Assembly: GCF_023055435.1 (NCBI RefSeq)
Contig: NW_025963857.1
Span: 23,374,001 to 23,438,000 of the forward strand
Direction: 5' to 3'
Source of the DNA: Haliotis rufescens
Taxonomy: Eukaryota
DNA: 64,000 bases
The position numbers and the translations under genes are program-made. Below, piece after piece: positions 1 to 12,037 of this stretch (positions are counted from its first letter, which is position 1; each line of letters begins with the position of its first letter). A model generated the notes under the pieces. That model was not told where the DNA came from. It did no database searches and was given only the letters and a program-made list of their open reading frames with translations.

Positions 1-788
1 ATAAGCTATACCCGGACAAGCGTATTTAATAGTTACTTTTGAATTCAATCGTTTTGTTTGTGTAATTGATAAACTGTAAAGATATGTTATTGTCATGGAA
101 ATTCCAACTGTATGCATTCCCTTCTAACCAAAGCAGTAAGAATCTTGCAACATTTGTTTTGATGCTCTACATCACTATGGCTTTCGGGTTTGTTTTATTG
201 CAGCAGCTCAGATATTATTTATACAAAGCGCCATAACAACATGTAGATTGTATTCTGAATACAACTTTCGCTCATTTTCAAGGACAGCGCACACATTTGC
301 ATTTCAATACAGTGCACACTGTCTACCCCTTGATACCGTCAATGACTGCTTTGACAAAAATTGACACGCCTGCTTATTTGTTTCGCTGCATGTTTTTAAA
401 ATGCAAATTGAAATACAGACAGCCAATTCCAGATATTATGGTACTTCAAATGGCCATCAAACCCTTTCCTGGCAGCCCAAATGATACATTCCCGTGAAAC
501 ATGAACTCGGGTAAGTGACATTTGGTGGGAGATATATCAAGCATAAAATCCCTCCTCTTATCATCATGTCCGGTTTCCTCAGGAACTTAATAGCACATTT
601 CAGTAGTTGATATCTTACCTAGCAGTAAAACGCAATATCATTGAAGTGTGCTTGGATATTGGTCGACAACACGTACTATGTCCAGAGTTTACAATATGGA
701 GAAACATAGATCACTCTTCCATTGTGAACATTCAATTCAGATTAAGATTTTCAAACAAATTTCAAGGCGTAAATAAATATGACAAGAT

Positions 789-794
789 TTTATT
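789..794 (-). terminator. Polyadenylation signal AATAAA (present in every unit)
   Basis: Canonical hexamer ~65 nt downstream of the spliced stop codon, followed by T/GT-rich sequence. Confidence 0.75.
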
Positions 795-859
795 GAACCA
801 ATTCCATTGGTTTGAGAAAATACATAAATAGCCAGCATCACACTGCAGGTGATAATAAC

Positions 860-1464
860 TCAATAATAGCCGATACCTGAAACAAAAAAATAGTAGAATA
901 AAGTTGGGATGTATGGATAAGTCACAACGAAGTCTTGAAACTAGCTGCATGATAAACTATACCAAATATTAGAGAAAGCAGAGAATAGTTTTAAAGATGT
1001 TTTGTAAATGTCATCAGCTTTGTCGCGGAAAATAGTAATACCACATAGGTAAATTATGCAATTTTGCAAACGAGACTGGAGGTACATTTACGGATACGAT
1101 AAACAAATGATATCATATTTTGTGAAATACCTTTTCCCAATCCAATTCCGTATCCTCCCATTCCGTAGAGACCACCATAGCCCCCGAGTCCTCCGTACAG
1201 ACCTCCCATGCCGTATCCGTATTTGCCTCCGTATAGACCTCCCATGCCTCCGTATAGACCTCCCATGCCTCCGTATAGACCTCCATAGCCTCCAAGACCT
1301 CCAAGGCCTCCAAGACCTCCAAGGCCTCCGTACAATCCACCCATTCCGTAGCCAATTCCGCCCAGTCCTCCTTTCAACCCGCCAATTCCACCATACAGAC
1401 CGATAGGCTCGGCAAAGGCGGTAACAGCCAGGCAGGCAACAAGAGCGGCGACTATCTTCATCAT
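860..1464 (-). CDS. Secreted glycine/tyrosine-rich low-complexity protein, copy 1; join(1464..1131, 876..860); 116 aa
   Basis: ATG in AAAATG context. Hydrophobic signal peptide MMKIVAALVACLAVTAFA with an A-x-A cleavage site. GGL/GGY/GGM repeats. Donor AAG|GTATTT at 1131/1130 and acceptor TTTTTTTGTTTCAG| at 877/876 give in-frame GIGYY-TGA. AATAAA at 794-789. Confidence 0.9.
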
Positions 1465-1804
1465 TTTGAGTATCTATTGAGTAACGGGAAAATCATTGTC
1501 AAGAAAGGTAAAATAGCATGTTATCGTTACTCATCTGGTAAATTCAGTTCACACCACTCATTGTGAATTATGTTATCAGTTTTGCTTTCACCCGCATTCA
1601 TATATTTCTCAATTTACAAGAACGTCTTATGTTACATATTCGGACTTTTATGAATTGGCTCAACATAAAGATTGAAAACAGCCTGATGCGCAGCAGATGA
1701 ATAAAAAATTAAAAGTATACATATATATCACAAGCAAAATTTAAATTAGTACTTGCAGTTTGGTCTTTACTCGTATCTGTGTCTCAACGGCAGGTGAAGA
1801 TAAG

Positions 1805-1840
1805 AGATGATGGAACAGTTTCCCCCGTCCTTTATATATA
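1805..1840 (-). promoter_or_regulatory. TATA box and initiator of the Gly/Tyr-rich gene (present in every unit)
   Basis: Minus strand TATATATAAAGG at 1840-1829, followed ~28 nt later by Inr-like TCATCT (TSS ~1808-1811). A short non-coding exon 1 is predicted to end at a GT donor at 1770 or 1752. Acceptor TTTTCCCGTTACTCAATAG| at 1474/1473 lies 9 nt before the ATG. Confidence 0.7.
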
Positions 1841-2117
1841 CCATTTGTGAATTATACGTGATTGATTTACCTTGGGCTGGCCACTTCCAGGTAAGTAACG
1901 CACCTCAGCTTAATGGTGTAAAGTAAGCATTCTTTTCGCATCAAAGGGCCCGAGGTTATCACCCTACGGGTACACATGCGAGCTGGTATTCATGAACATC
2001 GATTAAGGAAGTACAAGACAACGTATATAAAGGTGGCAAACAGACACACTCTCTCTGGCATCGTCTAACTGCATTTCAAACAGTCCTCGATACTCAATGT
2101 TTAACCTATATTATTTA

Positions 2118-2283
2118 GGGGCGGTCGGGTAGCCTAGTGGTTAAAGCGTTCGCTCGTTACGCCGAAGACACGGGTTCGATTTCCGACATGGGTACAATGT
2201 GTGTAGCCCATTGCTGGTGTCCCCCGCCGTGATATTGCTGGAATATTGCTCAAAGCGGCGTAAAACCATACTCACTCACTCAC
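2118..2283 (+). mobile_element. tRNA-derived SINE (SINE-A), unit 1
   Basis: Pol III A box TAGCCTAGTGG and B box GGTTCGATTTCC. 3' tail GCTGGAATATTGCT...GCGGCGTAAAAC followed by (ACTC)n. 14-bp TSD TTTAACCTATATTA at 2100-2113 and 2284-2297. Confidence 0.9.
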
Positions 2284-2889
2284 TTTAACCTATATTAAGT
2301 AAATATTCGATAATGGTCTGAAAAGTGTGTATCCAGTAAATATATGATGTGGGAGCAACATACATCAGACATTATAATGCATCTGTGTGATACGACATAA
2401 CATGAGACCAGAAAACTGACGCAACACACCAGTACAGCCTCGCCACAGTACAGCAGTAGCACTGTACCACACGAGGTCAACTATGCTAACCGTTTCCGTG
2501 TAATACAGCAGCCTGCTCACAAGAAAATAGCTTCTGCTGAATATACTGCAGAAGTCCCCAGATACTACATTATTCTCCCCGAATTTTATTTATCTTACTG
2601 CACAATAACTATAAACTACAACAGCTTTATTTCCTAACTGAAAGGGACATATATTGGTTTCTTCTCACAAAGGGACTGTCACTATGAATACTCACAACAC
2701 CTTTATATGTGTGTAGTATCTGTTAAAAGCCGAAAGTACACCAGTGTCTTCTGAAAACATGATTGACATATGAACAACAGCTTGTTTTCTCGTCTTTGTT
2801 GACTTGTCTTTGTATGTGTTTGTGACGGTAGAACCGATGGGGCAGGATACGCTTACTTTTTGGCAACCGCCAGGTATCATCACTATCTG

Positions 2890-3155
2890 GTTGGTTAGTT
2901 GGTTTGTTGGTTGTTTAACGCCGCACTCAGCAATATATTACTGCTATATGACGGCGGTCTGTAAATAATTGAGTCTGGACCAGACAATCCATTGATTAAA
3001 ATCATTAGCATCGATCCACCCAATTGGGATCGATTACATGCATCAACCAAGTCAGCGAGCCTGACCACCCGATCCCGTTAGTCGCCTTTTACGACAAGCA
3101 TAGTCACCTTTTACGGCAAGCATGGGTTGCTGAAGACCTATTCTACCCCGGAATC
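2890..3155 (-). mobile_element. SINE-like retroposon (SINE-B), unit 1
   Basis: On the minus strand it ends in ...CCGCCGTCATATAGC..ATATTGCTGAGTGCGGCGTTAAAC followed by (AACC)n, a tail homologous to SINE-A. 9-bp TSD CACTATCTG at 2881-2889 and 3156-3164. An independent diverged copy at 33709-33935 shows it is a dispersed family. Confidence 0.85.
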
Positions 3156-5314
3156 CACTATCTGATAGTCATTCATACGCACATGCTTGTGATCATTATA
3201 GTCGGAATCGTACAATGGCCTCTGCTTCGAGCAGAGCTTTCGAATGATTCTGAAAAGGGTTTTGTGGCGTTTATTTGCAACTGCGTTTCTTGAGAGAACT
3301 CTCTTATCTTCAACATATCATCTTGATAATTGTACACTTCATTATCAAGGAATTTGTGATAATACGAGCATCACTAAATTTGATATCTCAATTTCTATAG
3401 ATAACGCCTGAATATTGATATAATAATCATTCAATGAAGACCCTTTAACTACATAAATCGTCAACGCCAGAGAATATTCAGGCTCGATTATCTGTTGAAA
3501 CAGATTTCATTGGGTGTAAAAGGCAAGATTGTGCTAAAATGTATACTGAATATCAGTGATGTCACCAGGTGTTAGTGAATAGTTCATATTTGTTGGATGT
3601 TTCATGAGCTCCTCCGTCCGTTCCATCGTGTGCCAAATTGGGAGAATGTTGTCTTTTGACAATGTCTCAGCCATTCATACTTTTGCATATATACTTAATC
3701 ACTGTTGCAAATAACTCACGTTAACGTGTTTTAATCTTCGGCTGAGTCTTAGGTCGTAAACATTAGAAGAAAGTAAAGAAATCGTCTCTACCCTTTACGT
3801 ATGCCCTTGACGTCGACATGATGAAGCAGTAGTGATAGTGATGATTGTGTTCTTTTAAGGCGTGTTTAGACCAAAACTCTTACCAAGAATAAAACACGCG
3901 CAAATCAGTTTGACAATGTGTAACTATATAAGGGTTGCCCAGAAAAACCGTACATCTAAAAGTAAAGACGTGTGTTTTCAGAAGAAAATGCTCTTAAAGT
4001 ATAACACAAAGGTGTTTTCAAAGATAGACATGATCAAACGACTTGTTTTTACAGTCTGGTTGTTGTTATAAAGACTTATGACACGCTTTAAAGTTGGACC
4101 ATTTATTCCGCTGAATTTCACTCTCTACAGTTACCAAATGCAATCTCCTTTGTATTGATAAATGATTGTCACTTCTGCTTTGTAATCAAACAATAGGGAT
4201 ATATTAGCTATTTGTTTGTTCATTGTAATCTTCAATCCTACCAATCCAGTTCGGAATCTTCAAATTCGCGCTCTGATTTAATCAATATGTATTTTACAAA
4301 TAGCGCCTACAGGGAAGGTGGTTAGTAAACACACAACTAAATATCTATATAGATACTTCTCCTATTAGTTACATAAGCAGTATGCAAAATGTTAAATTGC
4401 ATCATCAAATCAAGAAGTACATGTTTGATGGAAATTACAAATAATTCGTAGTTTGATAAGCTATACCCGGACAAGCGTATTTAATAGTTACTTTTGAATT
4501 CAATCGTTTTGTTTGTGTAATTGATAAACTGTAAAGATATGTTATTGTCATGGAAATTCCAACTGTATGCATTCCCTTCTAACCAAAGCAGTAAGAATCT
4601 TGCAACATTTGTTTTGATGCTCTACATCACTATGGCTTTCGGGTTTGTTTTATTGCAGCAGCTCAGATATTATTTATACAAAGCGCCATAACAACATGTA
4701 GATTGTATTCTGAATACAACTTTCGCTCATTTTCAAGGACAGCGCACACATTTGCATTTCAATACAGTGCACACTGTCTACCCCTTGATACCGTCAATGA
4801 CTGCTTTGACAAAAATTGACACGCCTGCTTATTTGTTTCGCTGCATGTTTTTAAAATGCAAATTGAAATACAGACAGCCAATTCCAGATATTATGGTACT
4901 TCAAATGGCCATCAAACCCTTTCCTGGCAGCCCAAATGATACATTCCCGTGAAACATGAACTCGGGTAAGTGACATTTGGTGGGAGATATATCAAGCATA
5001 AAATCCCTCCTCTTATCATCATGTCCGGTTTCCTCAGGAACTTAATAGCACATTTCAGTAGTTGATATCTTACCTAGCAGTAAAACGCAATATCATTGAA
5101 GTGTGCTTGGATATTGGTCGACAACACGTACTATGTCCAGAGTTTACAATATGGAGAAACATAGATCACTCTTCCATTGTGAACATTCAATTCAGATTAA
5201 GATTTTCAAACAAATTTCAAGGCGTAAATAAATATGACAAGATTTTATTGAACCAATTCCATTGGTTTGAGAAAATACATAAATAGCCAGCATCACACTG
5301 CAGGTGATAATAAC

Positions 5315-5919
5315 TCAATAATAGCCGATACCTGAAACAAAAAAATAGTAGAATAAAGTTGGGATGTATGGATAAGTCACAACGAAGTCTTGAAACTAGC
5401 TGCATGATAAACTATACCAAATATTAGAGAAAGCAGAGAATAGTTTTAAAGATGTTTTGTAAATGTCATCAGCTTTGTCGCGGAAAATAGTAATACCACA
5501 TAGGTAAATTATGCAATTTTGCAAACGAGACTGGAGGTACATTTACGGATACGATAAACAAATGATATCATATTTTGTGAAATACCTTTTCCCAATCCAA
5601 TTCCGTATCCTCCCATTCCGTAGAGACCACCATAGCCCCCGAGTCCTCCGTACAGACCTCCCATGCCGTATCCGTATTTGCCTCCGTATAGACCTCCCAT
5701 GCCTCCGTATAGACCTCCCATGCCTCCGTATAGACCTCCATAGCCTCCAAGACCTCCAAGGCCTCCAAGACCTCCAAGGCCTCCGTACAATCCACCCATT
5801 CCGTAGCCAATTCCGCCCAGTCCTCCTTTCAACCCGCCAATTCCACCATACAGACCGATAGGCTCGGCAAAGGCGGTAACAGCCAGGCAGGCAACAAGAG
5901 CGGCGACTATCTTCATCAT
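5315..5919 (-). CDS. Secreted Gly/Tyr-rich protein, copy 2; join(5919..5586, 5331..5315); 116 aa
   Basis: Same structure and splice sites as copy 1; protein identical to copy 1. Confidence 0.9.
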
Positions 5920-6572
5920 TTTGAGTATCTATTGAGTAACGGGAAAATCATTGTCAAGAAAGGTAAAATAGCATGTTATCGTTACTCATCTGGTAAATTC
6001 AGTTCACACCACTCATTGTGAATTATGTTATCAGTTTTGCTTTCACCCGCATTCATATATTTCTCAATTTACAAGAACGTCTTATGTTACATATTCGGAC
6101 TTTTATGAATTGGCTCAACATAAAGATTGAAAACAGCCTGATGCGCAGCAGATGAATCAAAAATTAAAAGTATACATATATATCACAAGCAAAATTTAAA
6201 TTAGTACTTGCAGTTTGGTCTTTACTCGTATCTGTGTCTCAACGGCAGGTGAAGATAAGAGATGATGGAACAGTTTCCCCCGTCCTTTATATATACCATT
6301 TGTGAATTATACGTGATTGATTTACCTTGGGCTGGCCACTTCCAGGTAAGTAACGCACCTCAGCTTAATGGTGTAAAGTAAGCATTCTTTTCGCATCAAA
6401 GGGCCCGAGGTTATCACCCTACGGGTACACATGCGAGCTGGTATTCATGAACATCGATTAAGGAAGTACAAGACAACGTATATAAAGGTGGCAAACAGAC
6501 ACACTCTCTCTGGCATCGTCTAACTGCATTTCAAACAGTCCTCGATACTCAATGTTTAACCTATATTATTTA

Positions 6573-6738
6573 GGGGCGGTCGGGTAGCCTAGTGGTTAAA
6601 GCGTTCGCTCGTTACGCCGAAGACACGGGTTCGATTTCCGACATGGGTACAATGTGTGTAGCCCATTGCTGGTGTCCCCCGCCGTGATATTGCTGGAATA
6701 TTGCTCAAAGCGGCGTAAAACCATACTCACTCACTCAC
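6573..6738 (+). mobile_element. SINE-A, unit 2
   Basis: Copy of 2118-2283 with the same TSD. Confidence 0.88.
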
Positions 6739-7330
6739 TTTAACCTATATTAAGTAAATATTCGATAATGGTCTGAAAAGTGTGTATCCAGTAAATATAT
6801 GATGTGGGAGCAACATACATCAGACATTATAATGCATCTGTGTGATACGACATAACATGAGACCAGAAAACTGACGCAACACACCAGTACAGCCTCGCCA
6901 CAGTACAGCAGTAGCACTGTACCACACGAGGTCAACTATGCTAACCGTTTCCGTGTAATACAGCAGCCTGCTCACAAGAAAATAGCTTCTGCTGAATATA
7001 CTGCAGAAGTCCCCAGATACTACATTATTCTCCCCGAATTTTATTTATCTTACTGCACAATAACTATAAACTACAACAGTTTTATTTCCTAACTGAAAGG
7101 GACATATATTGGTTTCTTCTCACAAAGGGACTGTCACTATGAATACTCACAACACCTTTATATGTGTGTAGTATCTGTTAAAAGCCGAAAGCTGAAAACA
7201 TGATTGACATATGAACAACAGCTTGTTTTCTCGTCTTTGATGACTTGTCTTTGTATGTGTTTGTGACGGTAGAACCGATGGGGCAGGATACGCTTACTTT
7301 TTGGCAACCGCCAGGTATCATCACTATCTG

Positions 7331-7596
7331 GTTGGTTAGTTGGTTGGTTGGTTGTTTAACGCTGCACTCAGCAATATATTACTGCTATATGACGGCGGTC
7401 TGTAAATAATCGAGTCTGGACCAGACAATCCATTGATTAAAATCATTAGCATCGATCCACCCAATTGGGATCGATGACATGCATCAACCAAGTCAGCGAG
7501 CCTGACCACCCGATCCCGTTAGTCGCCTTTTACGACAAGCATAGTCACCTTTTACGGCAAGCATGGGTTGCTGAAGACCTATTCTACCCCGGAATC
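7331..7596 (-). mobile_element. SINE-B, unit 2
   Basis: Copy of 2890-3155. Confidence 0.83.
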
Positions 7597-9755
7597 CACT
7601 ATCTGATAGTCATTCATACGCACATGCTTGTGATCATTATAGTCGGAATCGTACAATGGCCTCTGCTTCGAGCAGAGCTTTCGAATGATTCTGAAAAGGG
7701 TTTTGTGGCGTTTATTTGCAACTGCGTTTCTTGAGAGAACTCTCTTATCTTCAACATATCATCTTGATAATTGTACACTTCATTATCAAGGAATTTGTGA
7801 TAATACGAGCATCACTAAATTTGATATCTCAATTTTTATAGATAACGCCTGAATATTGATATAATAATCATTCAATGATGACCCTTTAACTACATAAATC
7901 GTCAACGCCAGAGAATATTCAGGCTCGATTATCTGTTGAAACAGATTTCATTGGGTGTAAAAGGCAGGATTGTGCTAAAATGTATACTGAATATCAGTGA
8001 TGTCACCAGGTGTTAGTGAATAGTTCATATTTGTTGGATGTTTCATGAGCTCCTCCGTCCGTTCCATCGTGTGCCAAATTGGGAGAATGTTGTCTTTTGA
8101 CAATGTCTCAGCCATTCATACTTTTGCATATATACTTAATCACTGTTGCAAATAACTCACGTTAAAGTGTTTTAATCTTCGGCTGAGTCTTAGGTCGTAA
8201 ACATTAGAAGAAAGTAAAGAAATCGTCTCTACCCTTTACGTATGCCCTTGACGTCGACATGATGAAGCAGTAGTGATAGTGATGATTGTGTTCTTTTAAG
8301 GCGTGTTTAGACCAAAACTCTTACCAAGAATAAAACACGCGCAAATCAGTTTGACAATGTGTAACTATATAAGGGTTGCCCAGAAAAACCGTACATCTAA
8401 AAGTAAAGACGTGTGTTTTCAGAAGAAAATGCTCTTAAAGTATAACACAAAGGTGTTTTCAAAGATAGACATGATCAAACGACTTGTTTTTACAGTCTGG
8501 TTGTTGTTATAAAGACTTATGACACGCTTTAAAGTTGGACCATTTATTCCGCTGAATTTCACTCTCTACAGTTACCAAATGCAATCTCCTTTGTATTGAT
8601 AAATGATTGTCACTTCTGCTTTGTAATCAAACAATAGGGATATATTAGCTATTTGTTTGTTCATTGTAATCTTCAATCCTACCAATCCAGTTCGGAATCT
8701 TCAAATTCGCGCTCTGATTTAATCAATATGTATTTTACAAATAGCGCCTACAGGGAAGGTGGTTAGTAAACACACAACTAAATATCTATATAGATACTTC
8801 TCCTATTAATTACATAAGCAGTATGCAAAATGTTAAATTGCATCATCAAATCAAGAAGTACATGTTTGATGGAAATTACAAATAATTCGTAGTTTGATAA
8901 GCTATACCCGGACAAGCGTATTTAATAGTTACTTTTGAATTCAATCGTTTTGTTTGTGTAATTGATAAACTGTAAAGATATGTTATTGTCATGGAAATTC
9001 CAACTGTATGCATTCCCTTCTAACCAAAGCAGTAAGAATCTTGCAACATTTGTTTTGATGCTCTACATCACTATGGCTTTCGGGTTTGTTTTATTGCAGC
9101 AGCTCAGATATTATTTATACAAAGCGCCATAACAACATGTAGATTGTATTCTGAATACAACTTTCGCTCATTTTCAAGGACAGCGCACACATTTGCATTT
9201 CAATACAGTGCACACTGTCTACCCCTTGATACCGTCAATGACTGCTTTGACAAAAATTGACACGCCTGCTTATTTGTTTCGCTGCATGTTTTTAAAATGC
9301 AAATTGAAATACAGACAGCCAATTCCAGATATTATGGTACTTCAAATGGCCATCAAACCCTTTCCTGGCAGCCCAAATGATACATTCCCGTGAAACATGA
9401 ACTCGGGTAAGTGACATTTGGTGGGAGATATATCAAGCATAAAATCCCTCCTCTTATCATCATGTCCGGTTTCCTCAGGAACTTAATAGCACATTTCAGT
9501 AGTTGATATCTTAGCTAGCAGTAAAACGCAATATCATTGAAGTGTGCTTGGATATTGGTCGACAACACGTACTATGTCCAGAGTTTACAATATGGAGAAA
9601 CATAGATCACTCTTCCATTGTGAACATTCAATTCAGATTAAGATTTTCAAACAAATTTCAAGGCGTGAATAAATATGACAAGATTTTATTGAACCAATTC
9701 CATTGGTTTGAGAAAATACATAAATAGCCAGCATCACACTGCAGGTGATAATAAC

Positions 9756-10360
9756 TCAATAATAGCCGATACCTGAAACAAAAAAATAGTAGAATAAAGT
9801 TGGGATGTATGGATAAGTCACAACGAAGTCTTGAAACTAGCTGCATGATAAACTATACCAAATATTAGAGAAAGCAGAGAATAGTTTTAAAGATGTTTTG
9901 TAAATGTCATCAGCTTTGTCGCGGAAAATAGTAATACCACATAGGTAAATTATGCAATTTTGCAAACGAGACTGGAGGTACATTTACGGATACGATAAAC
10001 AAATGATATCATATTTTGTGAAATACCTTTTCCCAATCCAATTCCGTATCCTCCCATTCCGTAGAGACCACCATAGCCCCCGAGTCCTCCGTACAGACCT
10101 CCCATGCCGTATCCGTATTTGCCTCCGTATAGACCTCCCATGCCTCCGTATAGACCTCCCATGCCTCCGTATAGACCTCCATAGCCTCCAAGACCTCCAA
10201 GGCCTCCAAGACCTCCAAGGCCTCCGTACAATCCACCCATTCCGTAGCCAATTCCGCCCAGTCCTCCTTTCAACCCGCCAATTCCACCATACAGACCGGT
10301 AGGCTCGGCAAAGGCGGTAACAGCCAGGCAGGCAACAAGAGCGGCGACTATCTTCATCAT
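9756..10360 (-). CDS. Secreted Gly/Tyr-rich protein, copy 3; join(10360..10027, 9772..9756); 116 aa
   Basis: Same structure; I21T relative to copies 1-2. Confidence 0.9.
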
Positions 10361-11013
10361 TTTGAGTATCTATTGAGTAACGGGAAAATCATTGTCAAGA
10401 AAGGTAAAATAGCATGTTATCGTTACTCATCTGGTAAATTCAGTTCACACCACTCATTGTGAATTATGTTATCAGTTTTGCTTTCACCCGCATTCATATA
10501 TTTCTCAATTTACAAGAACGTCTTATGTTACATATTCGGACTTTTATGAATTGGCTCAACATAAAGATTGAAAACAGCCTGATGCGCAGCAGATGAATCA
10601 AAAATTAAAAGTATACATATATATCACAAGCAAAATTTAAATTAGTACTTGCAGTTTGGTCTTTACTCGTATCTGTGTCTCAACGGCAGGTGAAGATAAG
10701 AGATGATGGAACAGTTTCCCCCGTCCTTTATATATACCATTTGTGAATTATACGTGATTGATTTACCTTGGGCTGGCCACTTCCAGGTAAGTAACGCACC
10801 TCAGCTTAATGGTGTAAAGTAAGCATTCTTTTCGCATCAAAGGGCCCGAGGTTATCACCCTACGGGTACACATGCGAGCTGGTATTCATGAACATCGATT
10901 AAGGAAGTACAAGACAACGTATATAAAGGTGGCAAACAGACACACTCTCTCTGGCATCGTCGAACTGCATTTCAAACAGTCCTCGATACTCAATGTTTAA
11001 CCTATATTATTTA

Positions 11014-11179
11014 GGGGCGGTCGGGTAGCCTAGTGGTTAAAGCGTTCGCTCGTTACGCCGAAGACACGGGTTCGATTTCCGACATGGGTACAATGTGTGT
11101 AGCCCATTGCTGGTGTCCCCCGCCGTGATATTGCTGGAATATTGCTCAAAGCGGCGTAAAACCATACTCACTCACTCAC
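11014..11179 (+). mobile_element. SINE-A, unit 3
   Basis: Copy of 2118-2283 with the same TSD. Confidence 0.88.
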
Positions 11180-11771
11180 TTTAACCTATATTAAGTAAAT
11201 ATTCGATAATGGTCTGAAAAGTGTGTATCCAGTAAATATATGATGTGGGAGCAACATACATCAGACATTATAATGCATCTGTGTGATACGACATAACATG
11301 AGACCAGAAAACTGACGCAACACACCAGTACAGCCTCGCCACAGTACAGCAGTAGCACTGTACCACACGAGGTCAACTATGCTAACCGTTTCCGTGTAAT
11401 ACAGCAGCCTGCTCACAAGAAAATAGCTTCTGCTGAATATACTGCAGAAGTCCCCAGATACTACATTATTCTCCCCGAATTTTATTTATCTTACTGCACA
11501 ATAACTATAAACTACAACAGCTTTATTTCCTAACTGAAAGGGACATATATTGGTTTCTTCTCACAAAGGGACTGTCACTATGAATACTCACAACACCTTT
11601 ATATGTGTGTAGTATATGTTAAAAGCCGAAAGCTGAAAACATGATTGACATATGAACAACAGCTTGTTTTCTTGTCTTTGTTGACTTGTCTTTGTATGTG
11701 TTTGTGACGGTAGAACCGATGGGGCAGGATACGCTTACTTTTTGGCAACCGCCAGGTATCATCACTATCTG

Positions 11772-12037
11772 GTTGGTTAGTTGGTTGGTTGGTTGTTTAA
11801 CGCTGCACTCAGCAATATATTACTGCTATATGACGGCGGTCTGTAAATAATCGAGTCTGGACCAGACAATCCAGTGATTAAAATCATTAGCATCGATCCA
11901 CCCAATTGGGATCGATGACATGCATCAACCAAGTCAGCGAGCCTGACCACCCGATCCCGTTAGTCGCCTTTTACGACAAGCATAGTCACCTTTTACGGCA
12001 AGCATGGGTTGCTGAAGACCTATTCTACCCCGGAATC
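11772..12037 (-). mobile_element. SINE-B, unit 3
   Basis: Copy of 2890-3155. Confidence 0.83.

Noticed and set aside
297-950. Short recurring ORFs of 61-74 aa (MHFNTV..., MISYLA..., MQLVSR...) and similar ones at 2295, 2692, 3024 and 3862
   Set aside because: They recur only because the DNA is duplicated. Many use non-ATG starts, several are broken by indels or stops in some units, and some lie in SINEs or introns.
1054-1130. C-terminal extension ISQNMISFVYRIRK...CKIA of the 136-143 aa ORFs
   Set aside because: Composition changes abruptly at a good splice donor; it is best explained as intron read-through.
1190-1330. 21-bp and 9-bp repeats as a CRISPR-like array
   Set aside because: Contiguous coding repeats with no spacers, in a eukaryotic context.
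1056-1406. Overlapping repetitive ORFs (LRIDLPC repeats on +; EAWEVYT repeats on -)
   Set aside because: Shadow frames of the Gly-rich coding repeat; no independent promoter, signal peptide or splice support.
1887-1896. Consensus plus-strand splice donor CAG|GTAAGT (and GG|GTAAGT near 510) suggesting an antisense gene
   Set aside because: No coherent exon chain or ORF could be built on the plus strand.
2118-2192. SINE-A head as a genuine tRNA gene
   Set aside because: It lacks a proper acceptor stem and terminator, and continues into a LINE-like tail with a microsatellite and TSD.
3854-4093. Possible TTAA-flanked MITE (TTAA-GGCGTGT...ACACGCT-TTAA) with a Tc1-like end inside
   Set aside because: Only ~6-7 bp of inverted match; too weak without a genome-wide search.
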